Part shown: piece by piece, positions 46,602 through 60,215 of the stretch | Numbering within the stretch: position 1 is the stretch's first letter | How the letters are laid out: each line of letters begins with the position of its first letter | NCBI GenBank assembly: GCA_030704615.1 | Contig: CM060734.1 | Span: 49,848,001-49,912,000, forward strand | Source: Takakia lepidozioides | Taxonomy: Eukaryota > Plantae > Bryophyta | Direction of reading: 5' to 3' | Length of the DNA: 64,000 bases | Program-made: the position numbers and the translations under genes | Notes under the pieces: model-generated | Told to the model about the DNA's origin: nothing | The model's input: the letters and a program-made list of their open reading frames with translations, nothing else | Database searches by the model: none

Positions 46602-49600
46602 TCAAAAGGTTATGCCTGGTACAGGGTTGTACCTCCAACTAGCAAGCATATGAGTTGGTAAGGGAGCCACAATGTCCAGAACACGCTTGTCCTGATGCAA
46701 CAAACTTCTACCATTTTCATCTTCAACCCTATTTGATTGTCCCTTTTGTTGATGAGTGAACTCCCAGGCTACGTTGGGAAGGATCAACCGGTGACAATGT
46801 AGATGCAGCATAGGCGTGCTTGATAGAACACTGCCCTTCTCCATTCCCTTGCTATTAATGTGCTTTTGTGATGCTGCCACCCGGTCCCTTTTCAGTTCCG
46901 TCAGACCTTCACAGCAAATACCAGTCCCCTCAGTCCTTGGAGGCCAATCCTTCATGGCACGCCATCCGTATTTGTAATCACCAACAATTGGCATCTCCAG
47001 CACTTCTGCACAGTGGACCCGTAGCTGTCGCAGGGACATAAATTCCTTGTATTAGCTAAGAATGATCCAACTCATGAATGTAGAAGTATGCTTACTGTAA
47101 ACTCGCAATGCAACAAGGGCAAAGTATAAACTCATAGTTTCTGTCTGCACCCAGCACCATGCTACCCTGTAAGTTGCTCCATCCCTCTCTTTCCTACAAC
47201 CGTTCTCCTCCACCAATTTATTACCAAATAATCACATGATACAGGAATTACTGCCCAGTCCATTTCAGACACATTGGATTTGGTCTCTTAAACCAGAAGA
47301 TGGTCCTTGCAAGTCCTGTAAAACTGTGATAGCTTGGCATCAAAACGATAGCCACAAGTGGTATAATACACATCAGAGATTGCCAGCACATGTGCCCGAT
47401 GGGATGGAAGCTATGAAGGGACCCTTGAGATAAGAGTCATATAAACCCTCAAACAACCCCGTTCGTCATCTTGAGCAGACAAAGAGACAGGATAATTCTC
47501 AAACCTGATGCTTGCGGCCAGTCAAAGGGCGAAGTTCCAGCCATGTGCAACCTACCACTCCACAGATGTTCAACATCAGCTGGATAAGGCCTTAGACATG
47601 CGTCCTCTGATAATGCAGGCTGGACTCCACAGGGTCAGGCCAAGGGAATCCAGGTGCGACAAGGCAAAACCAACACAGCTGATCCCCTTCCTTACCACCC
47701 AAGAACCTGTCTCCTTGCGAGGAAACATCCCCACATTACATATTGAGTACTGTATACTCTGCAATCCCTAAAGGCACTGAAACAAAGCACGTGGAGCTGT
47801 GTAAGAGTCCAATTTTGAATGTAGGATGGTGAATCCTTCTCCCAGCTAATGTATTCTTGTTCTGGAACTCTCAAGCCAGAAAAAATGAGTGGGGAGAGAG
47901 AGTGGCTCACCACAGACCGAAGGCCCCAGGACCTCATAGTCAGTGATGGCCTCCTGAGCATCTGGGTGATTACTATGGGTCACTCTCATCTTCTCCAGCT
48001 TACCAGAGTCTGTGACCACCTGCAACAAACAAGAGCTGTCAACCACAAATCGGCAGAGCTCTGCTTCCAGAAATAACAATCACATCACTGGATGGCAAAC
48101 CACCAGTCTGTTTGGATCAAATAATCAAATGGTTACAAAGATCAAAGGCAGAAACTGCAGTTAGTAACCCGGGCAGGTAAACTATGAGTTCAAACAATGA
48201 GAGAGGCTCAGCGATGCCTAATTTCCACCAGCACTGAAAGTAGTCCCTTCTATCAGCTAGGCCAGGACAACTCTGTTATTTTGGATTTGAAGGCCACTAT
48301 AATACGGCTACCTTTTTGATGGCATCCTGGTCCATGTGGTAGTTGTCCAATGACGCTCTTAGCATTAAGGTTGACTGCTTAGGAAACCTCCAGTATGGGC
48401 CTATGCAGACTCCACCAGTCCCTTGACCACAGAGCTACCTGAGCTGATTTTTAAAAAGGACAGCAGCTTTATATTACAGAGTGCACCAAAAGGGGCAAAC
48501 GTCTTTAGACCTACTTACAGAAGCCAGGTATCTATGTGCACCTTTGCAAGAGGAGCTGAGATGCGACCTTGTGATTTTTCTGGAGTTCCCATCACCAGTG
48601 CCAAATATCGGCGCTCCATGCTCTCCCTTTGACCCTGCAGTTTGAGAGAGAACAGACAGTAGTTCAACACAGCACTTGTGCATTTCACTTATCTTACTGT
48701 AGGAGAAAGTCTCGCCTCAATGTCCTCCAATAATTTCTTGAGGAGGGGTTGTGTGATATGCACAGTTAAACCCTAACAGGGTCAGACTCAGCCTGGACAA
48801 TGTAAAAAATGGATGTTGGCTTCAGGCTACCTACACATCCGGCATTGACAATAGCTCCCTTTCCTCTCTGCATCCAATAATTTCCAGAGGTACCTTGAGT
48901 TAAGCTGCTCAAGGGACAACAAAGAGAGAGAGATAGAATGACAGTTTATTACGTCCGTGGGAAGCTCAAAGATCTTATAAGACAAGAGGAAGAAAACAAG
49001 AAAGAAAGAGTGAGATTTTCCTTCAATACCATGGATGGAGCAGTTTTAGCACGCAGCAAGGCATGCAGGAACACTGTACTCTCATGAGTACGTCCCACAA
49101 CCATTGCTCCACTGGTCTCTTTGTCCAATCGATGCACCTGAAGGGACAGTTGCAAAGTTAGAAGAAACCTTTCAGACAGTTCAAGTAAAACCTTTCTGGA
49201 ACCTAATGCTGTTGGCTGAGAACTTGCTAAAAACCTCCTATTCCTTTTCGCCACCAGAACAGAAGGCCGAAAGAGTCTTGCCTTTAACCATCTAGCCAAG
49301 TGCTTTCAGCAGTGTGGCTGACCTAGGTGCAGTTAGGTTTAAATCCCCACAAGACTATGTTGGAGGTCAACTATGCAACCTACCTAGCTGCAAAAAATGC
49401 TACTGCGTAAACCCTAAACCCACTGACAAGGTATGTGGAGAGTGCTTTCCAGGGTGAAAAAATGTGCTGGAAGACCATTCCTAGCAGTATCAGGGAGCAT
49501 GAGTGCAGGGAACTAGCTTTTAGCACCCCTGAGTCACCCCACTTTTTGTGATCCACTTTTTCATCAGCCTGTTCATCATACAAGTAGTTTGGGTGGATGA

Positions 49601-52600
49601 AGGCTGTGAGCAAGAAGGTTCTAGTGCAGCAGGGAATTTGTGAAAATGGCACATTACCAGTCGAGGGCCCTCCCTGTAGTCATAAGAGAGTGCTGCCCCC
49701 ATCATGGAATCCAGGCTCCTTGTCACCTCGCTTCCTCCCTACCAAAAGATCGAATTCACTGTCAAAGTCCACACAGGCCAGCTAGTGAACACTTTAAATG
49801 ATCAAGTCAATCAAACACCTGTGAAATAGCTCAAGTAACACCTAAAGCTTTATGATGAAATGAAATGTGATAGTACTTTATATCTAGATGTGGTATTAGC
49901 TTTAAAACTCAAAACGGCTCAAAAAAGCCACGTCGACAAGTACAACGAGATGTTTAGGGTAATGTAATTCACATGGAATTCAGTTTGCGGAGCTGAATGC
50001 AATCAATCTCACAATCTCCTCATAACCTCCTCATAACCTCACCCTAAACCCTCTCCATCGCTTCTCCCATATTTGCACTATGAGAAATATACCCTAACCA
50101 CGGATTCATACCAGTCCCTAAACCCAAAATGCACACAAGTCCTGGTAGCAACATGGGTAGGCGCCGCACATTACCTCTCTGGTAGGGGCTGGGGCACTTC
50201 CAACCTTAGGGCATGTTGATGGCACCCAGTTACCATATTTCATACCAGTAGGGTCGGGTCTTTGATACCCCTGCTCAGAACCAGGTTTATCCCCGCCTTA
50301 AATGGGCACCAGACCAACACTAATATAACATCCGCGGAAAGCTCAAAGAGCTTATGGGACAAGGGGAAGCAAGAAACAAGAAAGAGAGAGGGGGCACAAG
50401 AAGCCCAAAAGCAACTAGTGTTCAAGGGATTGTCTAGGAGTCAACGCCTCTTGCATTTCTGATCCTCGTAATACAAGACCTCCATGATTGGATATCCCAG
50501 AATAGACCTCCATGATTGGCTATCCCAGAATAGACATTTGAATCTCCCATGGATCGCACAGGAGAAAGGGCAGTAAAAGAAGAAATGATCTTCATTTTTG
50601 ATTTCCATGTTGTTCCCTGCAAGCGGGGCATAGGTGGTCCTCCTGCGGGAGCCCACCCTGAACCTCCCCAATGCCCTCAGAAGAGAGGGAGATAGAGCTG
50701 CAGACAGGTAATTGGGCCGGAAGAATCTGTCATCATGGAGGACCAAGAATGTATCCCGATAGAACTGCAGTTTTGTTGTTAGATTATAGGCTTGGGGCCA
50801 TTGACCACGTGGGAAACTAACCCTCGAGCCTTTTCTGGGGTTTGCACCCACAAGGGTTTAGCTTAACCTTGCAGCTAAGTTGCAGATATGAACTTATTTT
50901 CCACAACTGCCATTAAGTTGTTCACAGAGGCACTTGCTGCATGCAAACTCGACAGAGAAAAAAGGAAGAAAAACACGAAGGAAACAAATCGTATGATGTC
51001 AATGGGAGGACCAAAGGGCCCAAGGGACAGAGAACGGAGGCCCAGACGGCCAGGGATGCAACTCAAACAACACAGTAAATTCACATAGACAAAGCAGAGA
51101 GTATGACTCCTGCAGGTAAGCAACTAAGGTCTTCTTGTTTTCACAGCCAAATATCTCTGCCACAGACTGGGATTCTGTTAAAGGACACGAGAAGAAGAAA
51201 CGATGCTCTGGGTCCACTTTGCCGATAGTGCGAATCAGGCAGATCCAATCCTAATATTGTTCTTTCCTCTCTGAACTGCGATCCTAGTGAGTTAAACTGG
51301 TTTGATTGGTTTATCCAGTAGTGGTAGTGGTTTGGGTGTTCTGATTCTTTGTCCGATATGCTCTCCACGCTTCTCATGGGCACTGTAGCAATCTAAATCT
51401 CTTCTCTCCCTCTTGGCCACCCCATGGCCCTAGAGATTTTCTTCTATCCGACTCATATAGAGAGAGGGAGAGAGAGTATTCACGGGTTGCTCCCACGTAT
51501 ACTCTACAGTCAAAACCAACCTCCAGAGCTGGTTGTGGGGTTATGGAATATGAGATTTGAACTGAAAACACCAAACACTCTCACACACAAAAAACACAAT
51601 TGGGTTATGAGTGAAGTGTGGAGCTGGTATTAAGATCATAGTGGAAATCATGATGTTGATTCGAGGCATGCAGCTCTACCTATACCTGGTAATACAAATT
51701 TGGCTATTGTTGTGTTGGCAGTCACTTTCTTAGGAAAGGGCCAATGGAAGAAGAACTAGCTCAAGAAGCCCAGAGTGCCTATGGAACACCATATAACTAC
51801 AACAGAAAACCAAAGAAGCATACCATGAAATCAGATTCTTCAACTCACCTGCACTGCAAGGCCAAAAGGCTTGTTGATGATTATTACTTCCTCATCCTGC
51901 ATCAATCCATGCCCATGACCCATCCATTCTATCAAGGTGACTATTCATGGCTCCACCTGTGTTCTACTAAGCTCAATGCAGAAGAGGCTGGTAACAACAT
52001 CATCACATAGGTAATCCTCCAATTTGCACTCTACAAGGTTGAAGAGGTAGCTGCTTGATGATGCATATTGCTTTGAGAGATGAAGCCTGACCCATCTTGA
52101 CTAAGGGAGTAAAAAGCACCACAGTAGCAGACCAGCATTATTAATACATTGTACCCAACGCTTTGGTTTCATAAATATTACCCACCACCTGGTACTAAAA
52201 TAGTTTATTCAAAGAGTGGCTTGTATCTTCCAATACTTTCACCCTCCTGCTGTATCGATAGCTGTATGCCCAATATGTTTAATGTAACTAATGACTTGCC
52301 TTGTAGATGACAAGACTGCACAGCCACTCTATCTCCTCTCTGGTTGGCTCCAGTGTAATCTTTCCCGGAGCCCGCAGGCCTCCCTCTTTACCATGGTTTT
52401 CATGGACAGATGCAGGCAAACACAGCACTGCTCCCTCTCTCAACACATCCTTTCCTGACACCTGCTCAGTATCCACCCATCATCTGGCTTGAATCTTTGG
52501 ACATACAACTATCTTACAAGAGTGCCTGGAAAGGACTAGGAATGACAGAGCAGTTGGTAAAAGTGTTCAAGCTGAATACATAAACATAGACATAGAGCCT

Positions 52601-54118
52601 ACAAGTTACAAATTCTACAAAAGAAGTAGAGATAAGCATGGCACCCTGCAAAGTTGAAGCTCACGTTGTCTTTGAGAGGCCTCAGAGAGAGGACCACCAG
52701 GGGGAGCTCGTAATCGAATCTGCTATACACAGCACAAGAAGATACTTGATTTCCACTCACTCTTCCATGTCCCTTCCCTCCCTGACCTTTCTCTTTCATC
52801 CCCTGACCCTTGGAAACAAGACTATGGCTATCAGTCTAGTGACATACCTCCTCTCCAACCCACGGGAATATAGACCAACCTGTTAAAGCATCCTAGCCAT
52901 ATAATGGAGCAAGTTGCTAATGCAGTTCAACCCACATGAATTCACAACTGGATTTATAGCATCCACAGGACACAGTAGAACAACATAATATAACAAGTGT
53001 CTCATTAGGGACAACTACCTTCCGTAATCGAAAGAGCTTGTTGATGAGGCTATGAGGAACACCTGGGCAGCACTTGGCGACCCACCGAACTGCCGTCAGG
53101 CGCTTAATTGCTCCTCTCATTTCTTCTCCCTCCCCCATATCTGAAAGCAAACCAGGTGAAATCAGCACTCACCATCTCAGGTCTTTTACAAAAAAAAGCT
53201 GTTAAGTGTCCACTTTCTTCGTCAAAGCTGTGATATCAACATGGTTGACAAAAATTCTATGAAGATCATTGTAAGTACTTGTTCAGTGACAGCAAACAAA
53301 GGACAAGCATGGACAAACAAAGGGGCTACAAAAGAACTTGGATTTGCTCAAATTTGGATACATTCACAAAATCAACACAATACTGTTTGCCACCAGCCCC
53401 CGGTCAAATTGCAACTGATTAGTCATGACCTAATTATCTAAAAAACTGCTGAGAAGTGTTTATGCTTTCCAGTCTTGCCAGGATGTATGAGTTCACATGG
53501 GCAGTCAAATAACCACTGAAGAGAAACTCATTGGACTTCTGAGGCAAACACAGCTGTTTTTCCCCTACAAGATACACCCATGTGAACCAGACGTTCACCA
53601 CCTGAGATGCAATAGGACAACGGTATCCAGAGTAACATTGGAACCTGGAAAAGCTTCAAATGAGAAGGCGGTCACAAAAATACACGACCTCTGCTATGTC
53701 TAATGTTCTTAGATACAAAAAACAGCTGCAGATCAGCAGGAGATTTTGGGGGGGTTGGGCCGGATGGGGGGGGTGAAAAAGAAACTAACAGAAAACTTAA
53801 AACCGTCCCCAAGAACCTAGAGCGAGAGATACCCACACCTCCAATTCTCTGGTTGTTGTGTCTGCCAATGAGGGCCTCCACGGCCACTTGACGCGGCACC
53901 GGCGGGAGGTCCCGCCATCGATCCAATTCTTCCTTATTTCTGGTCGTGGAGTCTAGGGTTGAACAGTAGTTTTGATACAATACATATCGTGAACAAATGT
54001 GGTTTGCCGGAGACTCCAGCCAGATGTTGAGGGCATTGTGACGACAGACAGCTGGTATGAGAGAAGATGTGAAATGCCTTATCCAGATGAAGGTCCGAGG
54101 TGCCATAATGTCGCGCAT
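46602..54118 (-). CDS. RluA-family RNA pseudouridine synthase, probably organellar, multi-exon
   Basis: Exons encode [10 protein letters not shown] (~53020-53150), [12 protein letters not shown] (~51850-51895), [10 protein letters not shown] (~49100-49140, catalytic Asp), [20 protein letters not shown] (~47505-47550), [20 protein letters not shown] and LHLHC. Confidence 0.92.
50328..50440. repeat. Short dispersed repeat; inverted copy at ~63770-63890
   Basis: Shared GAGCTTATGGGACAA...AAGCAAGAAACAAGAAAG...GCCCAAAAGCAACTA. Confidence 0.75.
50540..51270 (-). mobile_element. Two short degenerate LINE 3'-end fragments in an intron
   Basis: YLSAAL...LGRFRVGS...EDHFFFYCP and [11 protein letters not shown] resemble the C-terminal Zn region of LINE ORF2. 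Confidence 0.5.
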
Positions 54119-54840
54119 GCGCAGGAGATTCGATAGAAGAATACTACCTACTATGGCTATAGCTACCCTGAATCATACATGAAACATTTTGCGTAAATGG
54201 GTGCTGAGGACCACATCAGGCACATCCCAACTGAGATCTTCCAAATGCTATGTGTAACAATGATGCTGCTCAAAGTATATCGGCAACATGAATTTGAGAT
54301 CGCTCTAAAATGTGCTGCAAGCTCATCACAGATTCACGATGAGGCTTGAACAGGGAACCTTGTAGCCACCTTTCACATTCATAAACTCCGTCTCCTCGAA
54401 GAAACGAGATGAACAGTTCCGTCCGTGTGAAGGTTCGTCATGCCCTACTGGAATTCCAAACTACATATATCTTCCCTCAAAGTGATCACATTTGGCTGTG
54501 GAGACTAATTGGCCAGCTGAAATGAGCCACACTATAAAGACAATCACCACAAAATATCCAGAGGTTTCCAACAAACTGAGAGATACACCAGGGGTACAGA
54601 AACTTAAGAGAGAAGGGAGGATTGAAAAAGAGGTGTGCCCACACAGGTTGCAGCTTTTGAAACAAATCCAAAGCTCTTCAACTTGCGACGGCCGCTTCTA
54701 TCAATTCAACCGAAAAAATACCATTTCATATCACTTCCACCAGTCCAGCAACCGAACTCCTGTAATCGATGAGAAACAGGGGAGGGGGACCTGAAACAGT
54801 GCGCATCTGGGCCCCGAGGTAGCATAGCCAAGGCGTCATT

Positions 54841-54857
54841 TTTAGGGTTTAGGGGTT
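54841..54857. promoter_or_regulatory. Telo-box in the divergent promoter region between the pseudouridine synthase and NAA50
   Basis: TTTAGGGTTTAGGGGTT (reverse complement contains AAACCCTAAA) between two head-to-head housekeeping genes. Confidence 0.5.
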
Positions 54858-55318
54858 AAGAAAAGAGAGGAAGTTTGGCGGGAAACGAAACGTTGCTAAA
54901 AGGCAAAGGGTCCAAGGTCAAGGTGATGGTCTTACCCTAAACTCCACTGTGTGTTCGGAGGCCGACGTTTCGGAGTTCTGGAGAAGGGACGCACCAGCAA
55001 TCCAGCAAACAGAGTTCAGTGTTGGATTGTCCCTCCCCTGCCTGTTGGGAGAGAGGAAGAGAAGCTTTTGGGGCGAGGTTTGAGAGATCTGTTGCAGGCA
55101 AATCTGAGTTTTGAGTGCGGGGGTTGAAGTGGGCGATCTTTGATGCTGCATAGTGCTCGTGTGTGTGTGAAAAGAAGAAGAGGGTTCATCGTGCTCCATT
55201 GTGTAAGGAAATAAGGGGTCTTTTGGGGAGAGGGCGACATTAATTCGGTTAAATTTTGTCTTCTTTTCAATTTTGAGTTTGGGAGGATCGCAAGCGTGAG
55301 ATTGCTTGAGGAAGCTAA

Positions 55319-57100
55319 ATGGAACGAGCTCATGATGTGCCCGTGACGTTCGACACGGTTCGCGACAAGAATGTGATGCAGCTCAAGAAGCTCAACACAG
55401 CCATCTTCCCAGTTACTTATCAGGACAAGTTCTACACTGACGCGCTTACCTCTGGAGACTTCACCAAGCTTGGTACCCTCTATGTGTGTGTGCGCGCGTT
55501 TTGAGTCTCTTCCTGCGTCATGCATAGTTGTGTTAGAGATGAACCAGAATGAAACTCCATGTTGTGTAGGTGCCATCGCTTTCTATGAGAGAGCTATGGC
55601 AGTGCCGATCTAAGAAGGGGAGGCACTGGCCCAAGGTCAGGGCATCTGTGAAGTCGTCAATTGCTGGTTGAATTTTCAATTTGGCAGCCTCGGGCGCTGA
55701 CTCCATCCACTTATCTCTCGCACTTCCAAGTCCTGCGCACGCAACCTTTTTATAAAACATTTTCTTCAGTTTATCCTGTTCCCCATGTTACATGGTGCTT
55801 CACCTTGTTAAGTTGAAAAAAGGCAGGTAAAGTTGCATTGCACGCCAAATTGGACTTAGCCAAGGAAGAATACAAGGGGTCCTGAGGACGCAGAAGAGAC
55901 GGAAAGGAGCGATATTCAGCTTGCTTTCTGACACTAACGTCCATGTGAAGTACAACATGCCATCAGGATGGATGATGAAGCCTTTGCAGATTCAGAAATT
56001 CTAGATGAATGATGGTCCAAAGTAATTCAGACAGGTTGTAAAAGCTGAGATGCATATCTTTGTACCCACTGAAATTGTAAAGCCAGAATTCTGGTGGATG
56101 CTAAGACCCACGTGTGGGCATTGCATGGATACCTCAGCCTACTATGGAGATATTTGTGTTGGGTCTATTGCCTGCCGCCTTGAGAAGAAGGAGGGCGGTG
56201 GTCTGCAGCTCTACATCATGACATTGGGGGTCCTTGCTCCTTATCGCAGGCTTGGGATTGGTAAGTCTCCCGGAGTTTCTACGAAATTCCGAAACTGAGT
56301 TTCAGCTATGTCTGCTTCCTTGTGTTTGTTTATTTGGTCGGGGTGCAGAGCCAATGAACTCAAATGGCAGAGCCTATTAAGTCCCTCTGTTTCTCTCTAT
56401 GTTGTGCTACTCTGTGCCTTAGGGCTTCCCTCTCTAACCTGAGCTTTGAGTTGGTCTTTGGTTCTACTGTTTTCTTTATTTATTTTTCTTCTTTCTCTGC
56501 TGTTCAACTTGTGTCCCCTTCCCTGCAGCTGCAATAAGTTTCTTCCAGAGGCCCCTAGCATGAGGCTCTTCTTCGGGCTATGTTTGGTGTATTTTTAGGT
56601 GTTTTGCTTTGGTATACTTTATCTCAGGGGCACCTGAGGTTTCCCTTTGGATGTTTAAAGGTTTTTTCTTTTCCATCTTTCTCTCTGAAGTGCCTCACAG
56701 CGTACGTGCTTGAGGCCCTTCATCTTACGGCAACGCTTGTTGTCATTGGTTCTTTCTACACTGTCCCATGGGCCCTCGCCGTCCCAGGTGGATGTTATAA
56801 AGTTTCATTCTTTCTTTTTTTCTCAGGCTGCTCACGTGTTGACACAACCTCTCTCGTGGCCGCAATGCAGGAACAAAGCTGCTGAAGAACGCACTGGATC
56901 TTTGTCAGCAGGACCTGAACATTGTGGAAGTTTACTTGCATGTTCAGACCAACAATGATGAGGCCATTTCTTTCTATGAGAAATTTGACTTTAAAATCAC
57001 GGACACAATACTGAATTACTACAAGCGCATTGACCCCCCAGATTGCTATGTTTTGTCCAAGAGCTTAGTGCCAGGTGGGAATGCAAAGCAGGCCTCATAG
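55319..57100 (+). CDS. NAA50: N-alpha-acetyltransferase 50 (NatE catalytic subunit); exons 55319-55472, 56138-56260, 56871-57100
   Basis: QLKKLNTAIFPVTY, LYIMTLGVLAPYRRLGIG, VYLHVQTNNDEAISFYEKF, YYKRIDPPD; GT-AG introns join in phase. Confidence 0.96.
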
Positions 57101-59544
57101 CATGTCTTATTTTTCCCACAAGGTATTCTTACAACAGTTTTGTGCAGACTCATTCTTATCAGTTTGTTGGTATCATAAGCCTGGGGGCATGAGGCAGTCT
57201 GGTGATGAGAGACCAAAGGTTTCTCTTGGGCAGCAGTAGCTGAGTACCAGAGGATAGGTTAAGTTACACCCCAAATGGTGTGACGAAGTTGCAGAGGAGT
57301 CCACAAGGCCTTGCAAGAAAACAATAACTTGAAGCAGTTGTGAACACATGGAGGTGTTCTATCTGGTGTGCGTAGCTCCTAAAGGAATCTCTTGGAATGT
57401 GCTCTGAATGTCCACAACAGGATGGAGCCTCTTGTGTTGGGCATCAGTCCTACAGGGTGCAGGAGGGCTGCTTTAGCTTCGTAAGTGTCATTCACAAGTG
57501 AAGATGCTGAGCTGCTGGCTGAGTTGTCCTATTACGTCGGTGAAGTAAGGAGTGGTAACTACAGCATGTGATGAAGTTGATGGTCTGAGACTTTGTGATT
57601 GACAACACAATGTCAAGACTTTACTCTCTATGGCACTCCAGTTTAGGTTCTAACTTGGACTGGCAACAATGTCATGTGGACCTTTTAAGGTGTGGTGACC
57701 CTCATTAAGGCGTGCAGAATTTATGGTATCCTGGTACCAAGGAGAATAGCGGCCTTTATGGGGGCAGTCAGACAGTCCTAGATGGGACTTAAAGTGGCCC
57801 TAAAGGTCTTATTCGCACAATCAATCTTATCCTCTGGCACCTCTTCCCTAAAAATGTTATAAAGATTCTTTCTTCTCTGCTTGCCATGACTGATCAGACC
57901 CAATCTGACTGCTGTGCTTTGTGTTGGATTATCTTGCTATACAATCTTACCTTCAGAGCATTGAGTTATGGAGTATCAGTGGTTAGCCAGTAGAATTAAC
58001 GTGGGGATTCGATTCAGAGTGGCCAAACATTTCTGACCTTCACAAAGTGGGACACATATAGCCCTAGTCACAGTTGGGAACAAAAATTACTGGCGATTAC
58101 AATTCAATCAAAGCTGCAATAGTTGATGCTCATGCTTGTTTTACTTGATTATGGGCCCTCCCTCCTTGACTTGGAGACTAGCCATACCCAGAACCCCTCA
58201 TACCACAACCTATTGAGACTGCTACCATAGGGTTGCCTCTGAATGATAACATCAAACACAGTACTTGCTGATCTCCAGGCAAATTGACCAAGAATTACAG
58301 AATGAGTTTTTAAATTCACTTTGAAGGTCATGTTGGTTCATCATTTCAGTTCATGAGGATACATTGTGATGTACAAGCATTTCTTACCGAGTAACATCTA
58401 TGTGGAAGTCTAGGTGCTTCCTCAATTTCTGTTATGCGTATTTGCCGAACTCCATTGGGCCCAGCCTTGCTATTGATTGCAGCAAATAAACGTCAATAAG
58501 CAGATCCTGCTCATGTAGATTCCTGTGTAGATGATTTATCTGCTATGGTTTATCACCCATCTTCTCATGTCAACAATCTGGTTACAGGGGTGGATTTGCA
58601 TCATACTATAAAAAGCATAACTTGATGCAACAAGGCTTTAGACTCTCAGACATTTTACCACAAAAAACATGAAATATATTAGAGGAGAACATCTGACCTT
58701 GTTACCATATAGGAGATGACATTAGGCGAGATATACTTGATTTTGATTCCAAGAGTAGCAGAAGTAGATTTCAGACTTAATTTCCTTCATAAAGCGAAAT
58801 ATTCTATTCCCAGTCTCAGCCCTCTTTCCTCTTACCGCTAAGACAGACCTTTAGTCCAAGTGGACTATAACTAGCAAGTGTCGTACCTACTGCATTTCAC
58901 TGGCAGAATCCACAAGTCTGACTATTTAGAAGAACACAATACTTTCGTGCATGGTCTAGAGCACAGACATGGCTTCATTGGTTTCCCTGCCATAACACAG
59001 AAAAGTTACACAAGGTTTGACAACCTCCTGTAGAAAACATCAGAGCGAGATGTAGATCTTGATCCCTCGCAGTAATGGAAGACATGGCTGCTCCACAAAT
59101 CACATGAGTACTACTACAAGCTCCTGCCTCAAAGATGACCCCAGGACCTTAAGGGCCGTGGGTTGTATTTGAGTTTGCTTCTAGGTAGTCAGAATACATT
59201 ACCCAAAAAATTGATTATGCAAATGGAATGATGGCACAGAGAATCCCTTGATCTCTCATCCGTGGGATCCATTTTCCTGGAAAATACCTCATTGCATCTC
59301 TCATTCTGGGAGAGGTACACTCATCGCCAAGTGAAAAGTATTAACAACCACTACTGATCATTAATGACACAAAAGGCTTCATATCTCCAGACTCGTGGCA
59401 TTGGCGGCCAAGATGAAAAGTATACAATTTACTGATTGAACTTTAGAGATACTAAGGGACCAGGAAGCTCGAGGGGGAACAACAGCAATGTAAGCATACC
59501 ATCCGCATGTCCATGATGAACTGATCGTCTATCACAAATTTATC

Positions 59545-59630
59545 AGAGGGAGAGTGATATACTCAGAAGACGTTGTTTGCCGTAGCCTTGTGGCCATAGA
59601 CCCCGCGCCCGGTTTGTGCGGTTGGGGGAG
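59545..59630. repeat. Short dispersed repeat; inverted copy at ~63120-63195
   Basis: GTTGTTTGCCGTAGCCTTGTGGCCAT matches the reverse complement of ATGGCCACAAGGCTACGGCAAACAAC. Confidence 0.75.
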
Positions 59631-60215
59631 GTCTGGGGGAGAGAGAGAGCGAGAGAGAAGACCTTTAGCAGGCAGTGATGTAAGGCTTGCCGCAGGGCTT
59701 GATTTTGCAGCCTTAAGGAAATAACCTCTGATGTTAGAAACAGCCTGGTCCATCCACACCAGCAGACTTGTGAGACCAAGTTTGTTCTCCTACTAACTGA
59801 AATCCGTCATTTCTTCACTCAATTTCCTCCATAGGAATACTGTTTTTTTAACTCTAATCTAGTGAAGCTCAGATCTCCCAAACTCAGAAGAAATCCCATT
59901 ACACCCATACCAGTTTACTTTTTCAGGACTCCAGTTAGATGATTATAATAGTATCTCCCTCCTTCCCTTTGTCAACCAGAAGAGTGTTTCCTATGTGCAC
60001 ATTGCAAACACTTCATCCCTTGTCCCGTCAATTCCTCCGTCGTACAAAAAGCCATGAATGGAAATGTCATGAGGCTATGACCTCTGCTCATTTTATTCCG
60101 AAAGTCCTCCTTTCTCCCATGTCCTGAGCCACATAATGCCCTTTTGTCTACCCCCAAAAACAGAGGACCTTCCAATATCTAAGACATGACTAGATGATTG
60201 CAAGAAGACACTTAC

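Noticed and set aside
57965-58025. tRNA-like A/B box sequence (TGGTTAG...GATTCGATTC)
   Set aside because: No cloverleaf could be folded; at most a degenerate SINE relic.
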